Positions 1-10,098 of a stretch of 64,000 nt of DNA are shown here, piece after piece. Source of the stretch: Prevotella sp. (GTDB taxonomy: Bacteria; Bacteroidota; Bacteroidia; Bacteroidales; Dysgonomonadaceae); NCBI GenBank assembly GCA_031285625.1, contig JAITVV010000095.1, forward strand, positions 128,001 to 192,000, read 5' to 3'. The position numbers and the translations under genes are program-made. The stretch's first letter is position 1. Each line of letters starts with the position of its first letter. The notes below the pieces were generated by a model, which was given only the letters and a program-made list of their open reading frames with translations, searched no databases and was not told the DNA's origin.

Positions 1-240
1 ACGGAAAATACCGGCTCCCACAACAAATAGGCCAATCATCATAATCACTACCGAATTGGAGAATCCGGCTAAAGCTTCGGAAGGAGTTAATATTCCACAA
101 AGCGCCAAGGCTAATAATGCACATATAGCAACCAAGTCGGACCGGACCTTGCCCCTCATAAAGAAAAAAGAAGCAATCAGTAAAATCGCTAATGTGATAT
201 TTATAGGTGATAATAGTGATGATAGTGATGATAGATACAT
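1..240 (-). CDS. SLC13/TrkA-C (YfbS-like) membrane transporter, N-terminal part (runs off window start)
   Basis: Manual minus-strand translation from ATG at 240: MYLSSLSSLLSPINITLAILLIASFFFMRGKVRSDLVAICALLALALCGILTPSEALAGFSNSVVIMMIGLFVVGAGIFR; R-x-D-x-V-A and GFSN motifs typical of this family; not in the ORF track because it is truncated. Confidence 0.8.
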   Translation of the reverse strand, partial: MYLSSLSSLLSPINITLAILLIASFFFMRGKVRSDLVAICALLALALCGILTPSEALAGFSNSVVIMMIGLFVVGAGIFR

Positions 241-384
241 ATTGTGTATTTGTTATAATTACTCAATTTTTCAAGCTTTACAAAGATAAAAAATTGTACT
301 TGATAAAGCGAATTGTCTGTAATAACAACGTTAAAAAGATAAGAATTGTTTACCTTTTTTCACTTTCATTGAGGAGTAGTTAAT

Positions 385-428
385 ATCACTATAAGAAAGA
401 GGGAGACTGCCCTTTTTCTTATAGTGAT
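385..428. terminator. Inverted repeat, probable intrinsic terminator of the upstream lipoprotein gene
   Basis: atcactataagaaa...tttcttatagtgat hairpin just downstream of the 463..1617 stop. Confidence 0.6.
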
Positions 429-462
429 CGCTCTTTTATTTTAGAGCTTCCCTGGCAAAACT

Positions 463-1617
463 TTACTCATAGTATATAAAATGCCGTTCTACATAAGGGC
501 GGATAATCTGAACTAATCCGCTGGGACGCCCCATACCAAGCTGTACAAAGTCTTCAAACTTCTTAATCTCTGTCCAATTGCCGCAATGATCATATTTATA
601 TTTATCAATATCTTCTTCTATAATTTCAAATCCTGGGAAAGCTTCCTTGTTTACAATTAATGTTCCCTTTGTATCATATTCTTCCACTACTTTAGAGTTC
701 TTTAGCACATAATGCAGAGTTGAATCCGGATAATATCGATATTCATATTCAGCTATCAGCTCAGAATTACCTTCCTTGTCCACCTCATATTTCGAAGACA
801 AGCGTCCCTCATTATTGTATTGATAAGTATAATGGCATTCAGGAATTTTCTCACTAACCCATATTTGGTATGTTTTTTCATCAACGAGCAGATCTTTATC
901 ATTATATGTATAAATGTATCTTCTATATAAATCTACTTTATTATAGTATTCCCGTTTCTCTGTCAGCAGATTTTTATTATTATAATCATACTCGGTTAAG
1001 GCAAAAGCATGTGCCTCACTCTTGGCAAGTAATTCTGTTCTTACAAGGTTCCCTTTTTTATCATATGTATGTATGCCTCCTGATCCGGTTCTACGCTCCA
1101 GATATTTAAGTAGTCTGCCATCCTCATCATAAGTATTCAGACCTCTCTCCTCCACTCTGCCATCCCCATACCGGCAAACCTCGTCCAGGAGTTGACCATA
1201 CTTATTATATTTATATGTGATTATTTGTAACTCATCAGGATTAGTGGCCGGAATCATTTCTGTTCGTGCATGCCCCCAGTCTCCATACTCATAATCTACT
1301 TTACAAATTAAGACGCGATCGGTAGTGTACTGGTTTTGTTGCAATAAATTCCCATTTATATCAAAAACCAGCTGCAAATGATGTATCCCCTCATAATCAG
1401 ATTTATCTCCTTTTTTAAAACTGGGAGAAAATAAAGAAGTTTCCGATTTGACACTAAAATAATAGATATCCATTGTTTTCACCTTACCCTTTAGCCCCCA
1501 GTTATTTTTATCATTTGATATAGTGTCCTCTGGTTGTGGCACATAAGTTTCTGTAGTACTCTTATTACCACATCCTGATAAGAAAACAATGCAGGCTACA
1601 ATAATGAAATATCTCAT
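463..1617 (-). CDS. Lipoprotein with YD/RHS-like repeats
   Basis: Lipobox LSGC; GLKGKVK motif; repeated Y-x-Y-D/N-xxG units (YKYNKYGQ, TYDEDGR, YDKKGN, YNNEGR, YDHCGNW). Confidence 0.7.
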   Translation of the reverse strand: MRYFIIVACIVFLSGCGNKSTTETYVPQPEDTISNDKNNWGLKGKVKTMDIYYFSVKSETSLFSPSFKKGDKSDYEGIHHLQLVFDINGNLLQQNQYTTDRVLICKVDYEYGDWGHARTEMIPATNPDELQIITYKYNKYGQLLDEVCRYGDGRVEERGLNTYDEDGRLLKYLERRTGSGGIHTYDKKGNLVRTELLAKSEAHAFALTEYDYNNKNLLTEKREYYNKVDLYRRYIYTYNDKDLLVDEKTYQIWVSEKIPECHYTYQYNNEGRLSSKYEVDKEGNSELIAEYEYRYYPDSTLHYVLKNSKVVEEYDTKGTLIVNKEAFPGFEIIEEDIDKYKYDHCGNWTEIKKFEDFVQLGMGRPSGLVQIIRPYVERHFIYYE

Positions 1618-1681
1618 ATTATGAATAGTTCTGTATATAATTTAAAGGAAGGATAAAGATAAAAAATTTATTTTCAATCTT

Positions 1682-1697
1682 TGGCAAGCCTTTTGTT
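1682..1697 (+). promoter_or_regulatory. sigma54-like -24/-12 motif upstream of grpE
   Basis: TGGCAAGCCTTTTGTT; same pattern upstream of lon and the Zn-peptidase gene. Confidence 0.55.
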
Positions 1698-1794
1698 GCA
1701 TAATATTCAACAAAGAGTTACAAAGGGTAGATCATCAAGGTAGATTTATTCCAAATTCTTTTGCTATCAACTGATAATAAAATAAATATAAGAT

Positions 1795-2349
1795 ATGAAA
1801 GAGGAATTTTCTGAAAAGGATTTTGACAAAGGAGAGTTTACTGACCCGGATAATCTGACAAATAATCAGACAGAAGAGACAGCCGAAACCGAATTAAATG
1901 ACAATGTGACCGATTGGGAAGCAAAATACGGTGAGATCAATGATTCTTATCTGCGATTGAATGCTGAATTTGACAATTACCGCAAACGCACATTGAAAGA
2001 AAAAGCTGAATTGCTAAAATCTGGAAGTGAAAGGGTTCTGATAGATATAATATCTGTAGTGGATGATTTTGAACGTGCACTGGAAAACATTACCAAAACA
2101 GAAGATATAGAAGCCGTAAAAGAGGGTGTGGACCTGATTTATATCAAGTTCAAAAATTTCCTTACCAAACATGGTGTAAAAGAAATTGAAACAATAGGCC
2201 ATCCTTTCGATACAGACAGGCATGAAGCTATAACAACCATACCTGCCCAATCAGAAGAAGATAAAGACAAAATCGTGGACAGTGTACAAAAAGGATATAC
2301 ACTTGATGATAAAGTGATTCGTTATCCAAAAGTAATTGTTGCAAAATAA
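1795..2349 (+). CDS. grpE: Nucleotide exchange factor GrpE
   Basis: AEFDNYRKR, FDTDRHEA, KGYTLDDKVIR motifs; adjacent to dnaJ. Confidence 0.97.
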   Translation: MKEEFSEKDFDKGEFTDPDNLTNNQTEETAETELNDNVTDWEAKYGEINDSYLRLNAEFDNYRKRTLKEKAELLKSGSERVLIDIISVVDDFERALENITKTEDIEAVKEGVDLIYIKFKNFLTKHGVKEIETIGHPFDTDRHEAITTIPAQSEEDKDKIVDSVQKGYTLDDKVIRYPKVIVAK

Positions 2350-2367
2350 TAAAAACAGAAGATATTA

Positions 2368-3507
2368 ATGGCAACCAAACGAGACTACTACGAAGTGCTG
2401 GAAGTAAGCAAAACGGCAACTTTTGAGGAAATAAAGAAGGCATATCGTAAAAAGGCAATTCAATACCATCCTGACAAAAATCCGGACGATAAAGAATCGG
2501 AAGAAAAATTTAAAGAGGCCGCAGAAGCTTACGAGATATTAAGCGATGAGCAAAAGCGTGCAAAATATGACAGGTACGGACATGAAGCACCTGGCGGATT
2601 TGGTGGGTCTGCAGGAGGATTCTCCATGGATGATATATTCTCTCAGTTTGGAGATATATTCGGTGGACATTTTGGCGGCGGATTCGGTAGCTTTGGAGGA
2701 CAACGCGGGCCCAGACAAAACAGGGGTTCAGATCTGCGTGTCAAGGTTAAGTTGACATTAAAAGATATCGCCGCAGGTGTAGAGAAAAAAATAAAAGTTA
2801 ACAAATTTGTTTCCTGTACGCACTGTAAGGGTACGGGAGCAGATAACGGAACAGCATACGAGACCTGCTCTACCTGTAAAGGTTCAGGTGTAGTTACCCG
2901 TGTAATGAATACCATTCTGGGACAGATGCAAACACAATCTGCCTGTCCGACTTGTAATGGTGAAGGAAAAACCATAACAAAGAAATGTTCTCACTGTGCA
3001 GGTGAAGGTATTGTTCGCGAAGAAGAAGTAATCGCAATTAATATACCTGCCGGAGTTGCCGAAGGTATGCAACTTTCGATGAGTGGAAAAGGTAACGCTG
3101 CACGTCATGGAGGAATAAACGGTGACTTACTTATTGTAGTAGAAGAGGAACCACATCCGGAATTATTCAGAGACGATAATGATGTTGTATACAATCTTCT
3201 GTTAAGCGTATCCACTGCTGCTCTGGGAGGAAATGTAGTTGTACCGACAATAGACGGCAAGGTGAAAGTTTCCATAGAGCCGGGAACCCAGCCGGGAAAA
3301 GTGTTACGTCTAAAGAACAAAGGTTTGCCAAGTATCAACAGATATGGTACAGGAGACCTCCTTATCAATATAAGTGTCTACATTCCTGAGAATCTGAGTG
3401 ACAGTGAAAAAGAAACATTAACCGGGCTGGAAAATTCTCCGAATTTCCAACCTAGCAAATCAATTAAAGAAAAGATATTTGCTCATTTCCGGAAAATGTT
3501 TGACTAA
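2368..3507 (+). CDS. dnaJ: Chaperone DnaJ
   Basis: J-domain with HPD, G/F-rich linker, four CxxCxGxG repeats. Confidence 0.98.
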   Translation: MATKRDYYEVLEVSKTATFEEIKKAYRKKAIQYHPDKNPDDKESEEKFKEAAEAYEILSDEQKRAKYDRYGHEAPGGFGGSAGGFSMDDIFSQFGDIFGGHFGGGFGSFGGQRGPRQNRGSDLRVKVKLTLKDIAAGVEKKIKVNKFVSCTHCKGTGADNGTAYETCSTCKGSGVVTRVMNTILGQMQTQSACPTCNGEGKTITKKCSHCAGEGIVREEEVIAINIPAGVAEGMQLSMSGKGNAARHGGINGDLLIVVEEEPHPELFRDDNDVVYNLLLSVSTAALGGNVVVPTIDGKVKVSIEPGTQPGKVLRLKNKGLPSINRYGTGDLLINISVYIPENLSDSEKETLTGLENSPNFQPSKSIKEKIFAHFRKMFD

Positions 3508-3530
3508 TGTTTTTGCAAAAAATATAGAAT

Positions 3531-3709
3531 AGGTTGTCTCAAAAGTAAGGTAACACTATCAAAGTCTTACTCTCTTTGTCATTGGCCCCACTTCGCTCTG
3601 CCGAACGTTGTTTCTGAATGCAATGAAGAATCCCGACCCTTCGGACACGAGATGTTTCACTCCGTTCAACATGACAAAGAGATGGTGGAAATATTTTCGA
3701 GACAAACCT
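3531..3709. repeat. Nested palindromic REP/MITE-like element, copy 1 (with 30-bp insertion)
   Basis: Outer aggttgtctc-aaaa/tttcgagacaaacct ends; inner tctttgtcat...atgacaaaga; closely matches the reverse complement of 11593..11741. Confidence 0.85.
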
Positions 3710-3774
3710 TTTAGTTATAAATCATCTGATCTTCGCCTTAAAATTCTATCTTTGAGATAATAAACTCAAGGAAT

Positions 3775-4869
3775 ATGAAAATAAAAGAGATACTACATAT
3801 TATAGAACAAATAGCCCCTCTTCCTTTGCAAGAACAATGGGATAATTGCGGTGTGCAGATAGGCGATATCACTCAGGAAGCCAAAGGAGCTATTGTATGT
3901 ATCGATGTTACCGAAGCAGTAGTAGATGAAGCCATTGCTATGGGATGCAACCTTATTATATCGCATCATCCGTTAGCTTTTCATAGCTTCAAGTCGCTCA
4001 CCGGGAAAAACTATATAGAGCGCTGTATGATAAAAGCCTGTAAACACGATATTGTAGTATATGCAGCACATACCAATCTCGACAATGCATCGGAAGGTAT
4101 AAATAATTATCTGGCAGATATGCTCAACCTCCAGCATGTAAGGATACTCGACCCACAAAAAGGAAAACTGCTTAAACTTGTTACATTTGTTCCTCATACA
4201 CATGCCGAACTCGTACGCAATACTCTATTTAGCGTAGGAGCAGGCAGTATCGGCAACTATGATTCGTGCAGTTACAATATATCAGGGGAGGGCACATTCA
4301 GAGCAGGAGATAATACTAATCCGTATGTAGGTGAAACAGGAGAACTACATACCGAGCCCGAAACACGTATCGAAGTAATACTCCCTATATATAAACAATC
4401 GGATGTACGTCGTGCTTTGATAGCTGTACACCCTTACGAAGAACCAGCTTACGATTTCTATTTACTCGAAAATACCTGGGCTAAAGCCGGAAGTGGCATA
4501 GTAGGCACTTTACCGGAAGAAATGGAAGAAGAAGACTTCCTTTATTTATTAAAAGATACTTTCCACCTGAACACCATCCAACATTCGGCACTCAGAGGAA
4601 AAGCAGTAAGAGATGTTGCAATATGCAGCGGTGCCGGGGCCTTTCTCATACCTAAAGCGATATCATACAGTGCAGACGTATTTATAACGGGTGAAGCCAA
4701 ATATAATGACTTTTATGATGTAGAAAACAAAATTCTACTCACAGTAGTAGGTCATTATGAATCTGAAATATTCACAAAGAATATATTTTTCGATATTATT
4801 TCAAAAAAATATCCTACCTTTGCGGTCTATATGTCAGGATTTGATGTGAATCCTGTAAACTATTTGTAA
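3775..4869 (+). CDS. Nif3-like dinuclear metal centre protein (YqfO type with PII-like insert)
   Basis: WDNCG, SHHP, HTNLD, HPYEEPAYD, GHYESE motifs. Confidence 0.93.
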   Translation: MKIKEILHIIEQIAPLPLQEQWDNCGVQIGDITQEAKGAIVCIDVTEAVVDEAIAMGCNLIISHHPLAFHSFKSLTGKNYIERCMIKACKHDIVVYAAHTNLDNASEGINNYLADMLNLQHVRILDPQKGKLLKLVTFVPHTHAELVRNTLFSVGAGSIGNYDSCSYNISGEGTFRAGDNTNPYVGETGELHTEPETRIEVILPIYKQSDVRRALIAVHPYEEPAYDFYLLENTWAKAGSGIVGTLPEEMEEEDFLYLLKDTFHLNTIQHSALRGKAVRDVAICSGAGAFLIPKAISYSADVFITGEAKYNDFYDVENKILLTVVGHYESEIFTKNIFFDIISKKYPTFAVYMSGFDVNPVNYL

Positions 4870-4986
4870 TCAAGTGGTGATATACTCCCTCTAATTACGG
4901 ATGTAGTAAGAAGATAGTTGATACTATTTGATTACTGCATTTTTTTATAAATAACAATCTAAACAATCTATTTAATAAAAATTCTT

Positions 4987-5739
4987 ATGGCTAAGAAACA
5001 GGAAAAAGAAATTACTGTAGAGGAAAAGCTAAAAACACTTTATGCCCTGCAACAGAAATTATCTGAAATAGATAATATTAAAATATTACGTGGGGAGCTT
5101 CCTCTTGAGGTAGCTGACCTTGAAGATGAGATCATCGGTTTGGAAACCCGTATCAAAAAATACGAAACTGAGCTGAAAGAAGCTGATACTACTGTATCTA
5201 ATCAAAAACAAAAAGCGAAAGACAGCGAATTAAAGATTGCGAAATATAAAGAGCAGCTTGACAATGTTCGTAACAATCGCGAATTTGACCACCTTAGTAA
5301 AGAAATCGAGTTCGAAACTTTAGAAATCGAATTATCAGATAAACGCGCCCGTGAATTTACACAAGACTCTAAGAACCTGACAGAACAGATCGAAAAAAGC
5401 AAAACTTTCCTGGAAGAACGTTCTGCAGACCTGGCTCAGAAAAAAGAAGAACTGGATGGCATTGTTTCTGAAACGAAACAGCAGGAAGAGCAACTTCGCG
5501 AAGATGTAAAAAATATAGAAGCAGAAGTTGAGCCTCGTCTTTTGACAGCATTCAAAAGAATCCGTAAAAGCGCACGCAACGGTCTGGCCGTAGTCATGAT
5601 CGAACGTGGTGCATGTGGAGGTTGTTTCAATAAAATCCCACCACAAAAACAAATGGATATCAAGATTGGTAAGAAAATCATTGTTTGCGAATATTGCGGA
5701 CGTATCATGATAGATCCTGAACTTATAGGAGCGCAATAA
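4987..5739 (+). CDS. Coiled-coil protein with C4 zinc ribbon (DUF164/CT398-like)
   Basis: Long coiled coil followed by CGGC...CEYCGRI; usual partner of Nif3 genes. Confidence 0.9.
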   Translation: MAKKQEKEITVEEKLKTLYALQQKLSEIDNIKILRGELPLEVADLEDEIIGLETRIKKYETELKEADTTVSNQKQKAKDSELKIAKYKEQLDNVRNNREFDHLSKEIEFETLEIELSDKRAREFTQDSKNLTEQIEKSKTFLEERSADLAQKKEELDGIVSETKQQEEQLREDVKNIEAEVEPRLLTAFKRIRKSARNGLAVVMIERGACGGCFNKIPPQKQMDIKIGKKIIVCEYCGRIMIDPELIGAQ

Positions 5740-5768
5740 TCCTGATCAAAATAAACTCCATTATAGCT

Positions 5769-5807
5769 AATCGGAAAGGTTAAAAACGATCTTTCCGATT
5801 ATTTTTT
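5769..5807 (+). terminator. Intrinsic terminator
   Basis: aatcggaaag/ctttccgatt stem followed by a T-tract. Confidence 0.7.
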
Positions 5808-5860
5808 GTACTTTTCTGTAAACTTTATTTTATCTATTTTGTTATCCTTTAAATTCACCG

Positions 5861-5946
5861 AAAAATAAAATGGAAAACTTTTTCTATTTCATAAAAATTT
5901 AAATATCACATTTTCAATTAATTAAAAAATAAAATGGAAAACTTTT
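5861..5946. repeat. Two identical 22-bp direct repeats upstream of nrdJ
   Basis: aaaaataaaatggaaaactttt at 5861-5882 and 5925-5946. Confidence 0.75.
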
Positions 5947-6064
5947 ACTTTTGTTGATAAAATTTTATTGTAAAATTTGCTTGATCTATACATATTGACT
6001 AATATTGTACTAGGAACAGACACACATCTTACAGAAGAATTAAATATCTAAAATATAAGAACAA

Positions 6065-8608
6065 ATGACACAGAAGGTTTACACTTTTGATGAGGCATAT
6101 ACCGCCGCATTAGACTACTTTAACGGCGATGAACTTGCCGCCAAAGTATGGGTAAATAAGTATGCACTAAAAGACGCAACCGGTAATATCTATGAACAAT
6201 CGCCCGAAGATATGCACTGGCGTTTAGCCAACGAAATAGGCCGTATAGAAGCCAAATACAAAAACGGGCTTACGAGTAAAGAATTATATGATCTTTTCGA
6301 TCATTTCAAATATATCGTGCCTCAAGGCAGCCCTATGACGGGTATCGGAAATAATTTTCAGGTAGCGTCATTATCCAATTGCTTTGTAATAGGAATGGAT
6401 GGCCCATCAGACTCTTACGGCGCTATCATCCGTGTTGACGAAGAACAAGTACAGCTTATGAAACGCCGTGGAGGAGTAGGACATGACTTGTCTCACATCC
6501 GCCCGAAAGGCTCTCCTGTTAAAAATTCAGCCCTTACTTCTACCGGACTGGTTCCTTTTATGGAAAGATATTCTAATTCAACCCGCGAAGTTGCCCAGGA
6601 TGGCCGTCGTGGTGCATTAATGTTAAGTGTATCTGTAAAACATCCCGACTCGGAATCGTTCATCGATGCCAAAATGATAGAAGGCAAAGTTACCGGAGCC
6701 AATGTTTCGGTAAGGATAGACGATGCCTTTATGCAAGCCGTTGTAGACGGAACACCATATACTCAGCAATACCCTATCGATTCCGATAATCCGACTACCG
6801 TAAGAGAAACCGATGCTACCGACTTATGGAAAAAAATCGTTCATAATGCATGGAAATCAGCAGAGCCAGGAGTATTGTTCTGGGATACTATCATACGGGA
6901 ATCTGTGCCAGACTGTTATGCCGATCTCGGTTTTAAAACGATATCTACAAATCCATGCGGCGAAATTCCGCTTTGCCCATACGACAGTTGCCGACTATTG
7001 GCAATCAACTTATATTCTTATGTGATAAATCCATTCAAAGAAGATGCATACTTTGATTTCGAACTCTTCAAAAAACATGTTGCATTAGCTCAACGAATAA
7101 TGGATGACATCATCGATCTGGAAACAGAAAAGATCGATAAGATTCTACAAAAGATAAATGATGACCCTGAAACAGAAGAAGTAAAATGGCCGGAAAGACA
7201 CCTATGGGAAAAGATCCGCACCAAAACACTTCAAGGCCGCCGTACAGGAGTAGGCATCACTGCCGAAGGGGATATGATAGCTGCGATGGGCCTTCGCTAT
7301 GGTACAGAAGAAGCTACAGCATTAGCAGAAGAAGTACATCGTACACTTGCTATTGCTGCCTACCGCTCATCTGTAGAGATGGCCAAAGAACGTGGGGCTT
7401 TTGAAGTATTTGATTTCAAACGTGAAAAGAATAATCCTTTCATCAATCGCCTGGCAGAAGTTGATCCTCAGCTATACAAAGACATGGAGAAATACGGCCG
7501 CCGCAATATAGCATGTCTTACTGTAGCACCGACAGGAACAACCAGCCTTATGACTCAGTCTACATCCGGTATAGAGCCGGTATTCCTGCCTGTATATAAA
7601 CGTCGCCGCAAGGTAAACCCTAATGATAAAGAAGTAAGGGTTGACTTTATAGATGAGAACGGAGACTCATGGGAAGAATATGTTGTATTCCACCATAAGT
7701 TTGTTACATGGATGGAGAGTAAAGGATATCCTACAGCAAAGAGATATACAAATGAAGAAATAGATGCAATGGTAGCTGAATCACCTTATTACAAAGCCAC
7801 ATCAAACGATGTAGATTGGCTGCAAAAGGTGAAAATGCAGGGACGCATCCAAAAATGGGTGGATCACTCTATCAGTGTCACAATCAATCTTCCGGCTGAT
7901 GTTTCTGAAGATCTTGTAAATCAACTCTATATAGAGGCATGGAAGAGCGGATGTAAAGGATGTACCGTTTATCGTGACGGATCACGCGCAGGGGTTCTTA
8001 TAGCCAACGATAGCAAAAAAGAAGACGAAGAATGCGGAGACTGCTATGAACGTCCTCAAATAGTAATGGAACGTCCACGCGAGTTAGTAGCAGATGTAAT
8101 CAAATTCCAAAATAACAAAGAAAAATGGATCGCATTTATCGGCTTACTGGACGGACGTCCGTATGAAATCTTTACCGGACTATCCGACGATGATGAAGGT
8201 CTTGTATTGCCTAAGAACGTAAACCATGGAACGATCATAAAAACGATGAACGACGAAGGCCAGCGTTCTTATGACTTCCAGTTTAAAAATAAGAGAGGCT
8301 ATAAAACAACTATTGAAGGCCTGAATGGTAAATTCAACCCTGAATTCTGGAACTATGCCAAGCTTATATCAGGAGTACTTCGCTACGGAATGCCTATCGA
8401 TCAGGTTGTAAAACTCGTACAGGGACTGGAACTAAATAGCGAAACGATCAATACATGGAAAAATGGTGTTGAACGCGCCTTGAAAAAATACCTGCCTAAC
8501 GAGACGGAAGCAAAAGGGCAAAAATGCCCTGTGTGCGGACTGGAAACATTGATATATCAGGAAGGCTGTATGAAATGTACAAACTGTGGTGCATCGAAAT
8601 GTGGATAA
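6065..8608 (+). CDS. nrdJ: Adenosylcobalamin-dependent (class II) ribonucleotide reductase
   Basis: SNCFV, TNPCGEIPL, APTGT, GCKGCTVYRDGSR; C-terminal TSCPD-like region and CPVC/CTNC; no beta subunit gene nearby. Confidence 0.93.
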   Translation: MTQKVYTFDEAYTAALDYFNGDELAAKVWVNKYALKDATGNIYEQSPEDMHWRLANEIGRIEAKYKNGLTSKELYDLFDHFKYIVPQGSPMTGIGNNFQVASLSNCFVIGMDGPSDSYGAIIRVDEEQVQLMKRRGGVGHDLSHIRPKGSPVKNSALTSTGLVPFMERYSNSTREVAQDGRRGALMLSVSVKHPDSESFIDAKMIEGKVTGANVSVRIDDAFMQAVVDGTPYTQQYPIDSDNPTTVRETDATDLWKKIVHNAWKSAEPGVLFWDTIIRESVPDCYADLGFKTISTNPCGEIPLCPYDSCRLLAINLYSYVINPFKEDAYFDFELFKKHVALAQRIMDDIIDLETEKIDKILQKINDDPETEEVKWPERHLWEKIRTKTLQGRRTGVGITAEGDMIAAMGLRYGTEEATALAEEVHRTLAIAAYRSSVEMAKERGAFEVFDFKREKNNPFINRLAEVDPQLYKDMEKYGRRNIACLTVAPTGTTSLMTQSTSGIEPVFLPVYKRRRKVNPNDKEVRVDFIDENGDSWEEYVVFHHKFVTWMESKGYPTAKRYTNEEIDAMVAESPYYKATSNDVDWLQKVKMQGRIQKWVDHSISVTINLPADVSEDLVNQLYIEAWKSGCKGCTVYRDGSRAGVLIANDSKKEDEECGDCYERPQIVMERPRELVADVIKFQNNKEKWIAFIGLLDGRPYEIFTGLSDDDEGLVLPKNVNHGTIIKTMNDEGQRSYDFQFKNKRGYKTTIEGLNGKFNPEFWNYAKLISGVLRYGMPIDQVVKLVQGLELNSETINTWKNGVERALKKYLPNETEAKGQKCPVCGLETLIYQEGCMKCTNCGASKCG

Positions 8609-8630
8609 CAATAAAACCTTTATAACAGAG

Positions 8631-8667
8631 AAAGCAGCAGGTATTAAACTTGCTGCTTTTGTTTTTT
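8631..8667 (+). terminator. Intrinsic terminator after nrdJ
   Basis: aaagcagca/tgctgcttt stem plus T-tract. Confidence 0.75.
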
Positions 8668-8705
8668 ATAGTAATTTTGTGAGGATTAATTTATTTACTT
8701 CGTTA

Positions 8706-10082
8706 ATGAATACTCAGTCTGATATATTTGATAGAGGAATATGTTTCATACGTAAAGCGTATGATAAGACTGATACATTTCTTAACAAAGACAGCAAAGT
8801 AAAAAAATCAACCTGTTGGATTATTGTCACATTAATTTGCTTCTCCATACTATTATCACTGAATATTCTCACCCCTATCATTTCAGACGATTTTGCCTAC
8901 TTATATATTTACAATGAGGAAGGCCGTATTACATCCATTGGTGATATTATACAATCGCAGATAAACCATTACTATTTGTGGGGAGGTCGCAGTGTTGTCC
9001 ATTTCATAGCTCAGGTATTGCTCATGTTGCCTGCTTATATAGCCGACCTACTCAATACATTGATTTATTTTAGTTATATTTTTCTTATATATTTCCATAT
9101 CAAAGGAAAGGGAAAGAGTAGCCTGTCACTATTCATACTCATCAATCTTGCTATTTGGTTCCTTCAACCTGTATTCGGCGATACTATTCTTTGGATAACA
9201 GGCTCGGCAAATTATCTGTGGGGAACATGGCTTATACTCCTGTTTATACTTCCATACCGCTTATACGGAGGTAAACAAGCCGGTATTTCCATTCAGGCTA
9301 TATCATCTTTAGCGATGCTTATATTAGGAATTCTTGCAGGATGGACAAATGAGAATACAGCGGCAGCAATGCTATTGGTAACAATTCTATACATCGTTTA
9401 TTTCCGTTCACATAAGTGGCAGATACCCGTTTGGGCAGTCGCCGGAATCATAGGTGCAATCATAGGTTTTGCGATAATGATCCTGGCACCGGGCAACTAC
9501 ATGAGAGGTGGAGATTCGGTATCATTAGACATGTATACCTTTGGCTATCGTTTATTTACATGGACACTGACTTTCTTTATCTATTGTGGCCCTCTGTTTC
9601 TTATTAGCCTGATAACGTTAGTCATTTATAACCGTTTCCCGAACGGTGAGAAAAAAGATAACCTCAAACTGATCTTTATATACGGACTTGGAGTCATCGC
9701 AGCTATATATGCTATGTTACTGGCACCATCATTTCCACGCAGGGCATTATTCGGTGTTGTCACCTTCCTTATAATAGCAACAGGGATCAGTTTTTACAAT
9801 CTCGATTTCAGAAATAAATTCTTAAGGCAAATAAGACTAGTGGTTACAATAATAGCACTTACAGGATTTGTATTCACATTCTACCTGAATATAAAAGACA
9901 TTAATAATTACAGAAAAACGGTAGAAGCAAGAGAAGTCGAAATAGAAAAAGCAAAAGCCCAAGGACTGGAATCTTGTGAATTTGAAAGATATGTAGGGGG
10001 AACATATGTACACGGGGAAGATCCATACACAGAAGTACTCATGTCTCGCTACTATGGAATAAAGATAAAATTAAAAGATTGA
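8706..10082 (+). CDS. Polytopic membrane protein, DUF6056/GtrII-like (GT-C-type) putative glycosyltransferase
   Basis: About 11 TM segments; SDDF, WGGR, WITGSANYLW, GWTNEN, APGN motifs; ATG at 8706 preferred to the upstream start that overlaps nrdJ. Confidence 0.7.
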   Translation: MNTQSDIFDRGICFIRKAYDKTDTFLNKDSKVKKSTCWIIVTLICFSILLSLNILTPIISDDFAYLYIYNEEGRITSIGDIIQSQINHYYLWGGRSVVHFIAQVLLMLPAYIADLLNTLIYFSYIFLIYFHIKGKGKSSLSLFILINLAIWFLQPVFGDTILWITGSANYLWGTWLILLFILPYRLYGGKQAGISIQAISSLAMLILGILAGWTNENTAAAMLLVTILYIVYFRSHKWQIPVWAVAGIIGAIIGFAIMILAPGNYMRGGDSVSLDMYTFGYRLFTWTLTFFIYCGPLFLISLITLVIYNRFPNGEKKDNLKLIFIYGLGVIAAIYAMLLAPSFPRRALFGVVTFLIIATGISFYNLDFRNKFLRQIRLVVTIIALTGFVFTFYLNIKDINNYRKTVEAREVEIEKAKAQGLESCEFERYVGGTYVHGEDPYTEVLMSRYYGIKIKLKD

Positions 10083-10098
10083 TCGTCTGCCTGATATC

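Noticed and set aside
56-289. 77-aa plus-strand ORF
   Set aside because: Antisense shadow of the SLC13-like transporter on the minus strand.
3531-3709. CRISPR array or tRNA interpretation of the palindromic repeats
   Set aside because: Copies are dispersed, with no regular repeat-spacer period, no cas genes and no cloverleaf.
8600-8608. Perfect DnaA box TGTGGATAA
   Set aside because: It is the Cys-Gly-stop codons of nrdJ; a single box with no oriC-like cluster or unwinding element.
6065-8608. Intein or intron in nrdJ
   Set aside because: ORF is continuous at normal length with no Hint or endonuclease motifs.
8586-8705. Extended N-termini from the ORF track (8586, 17087, 18419, 38101, 47536, 49804, 53617)
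   Set aside because: They use alternative start codons that overlap terminators, promoters or neighbouring genes; downstream ATGs fit the family N-termini or signal peptides better.
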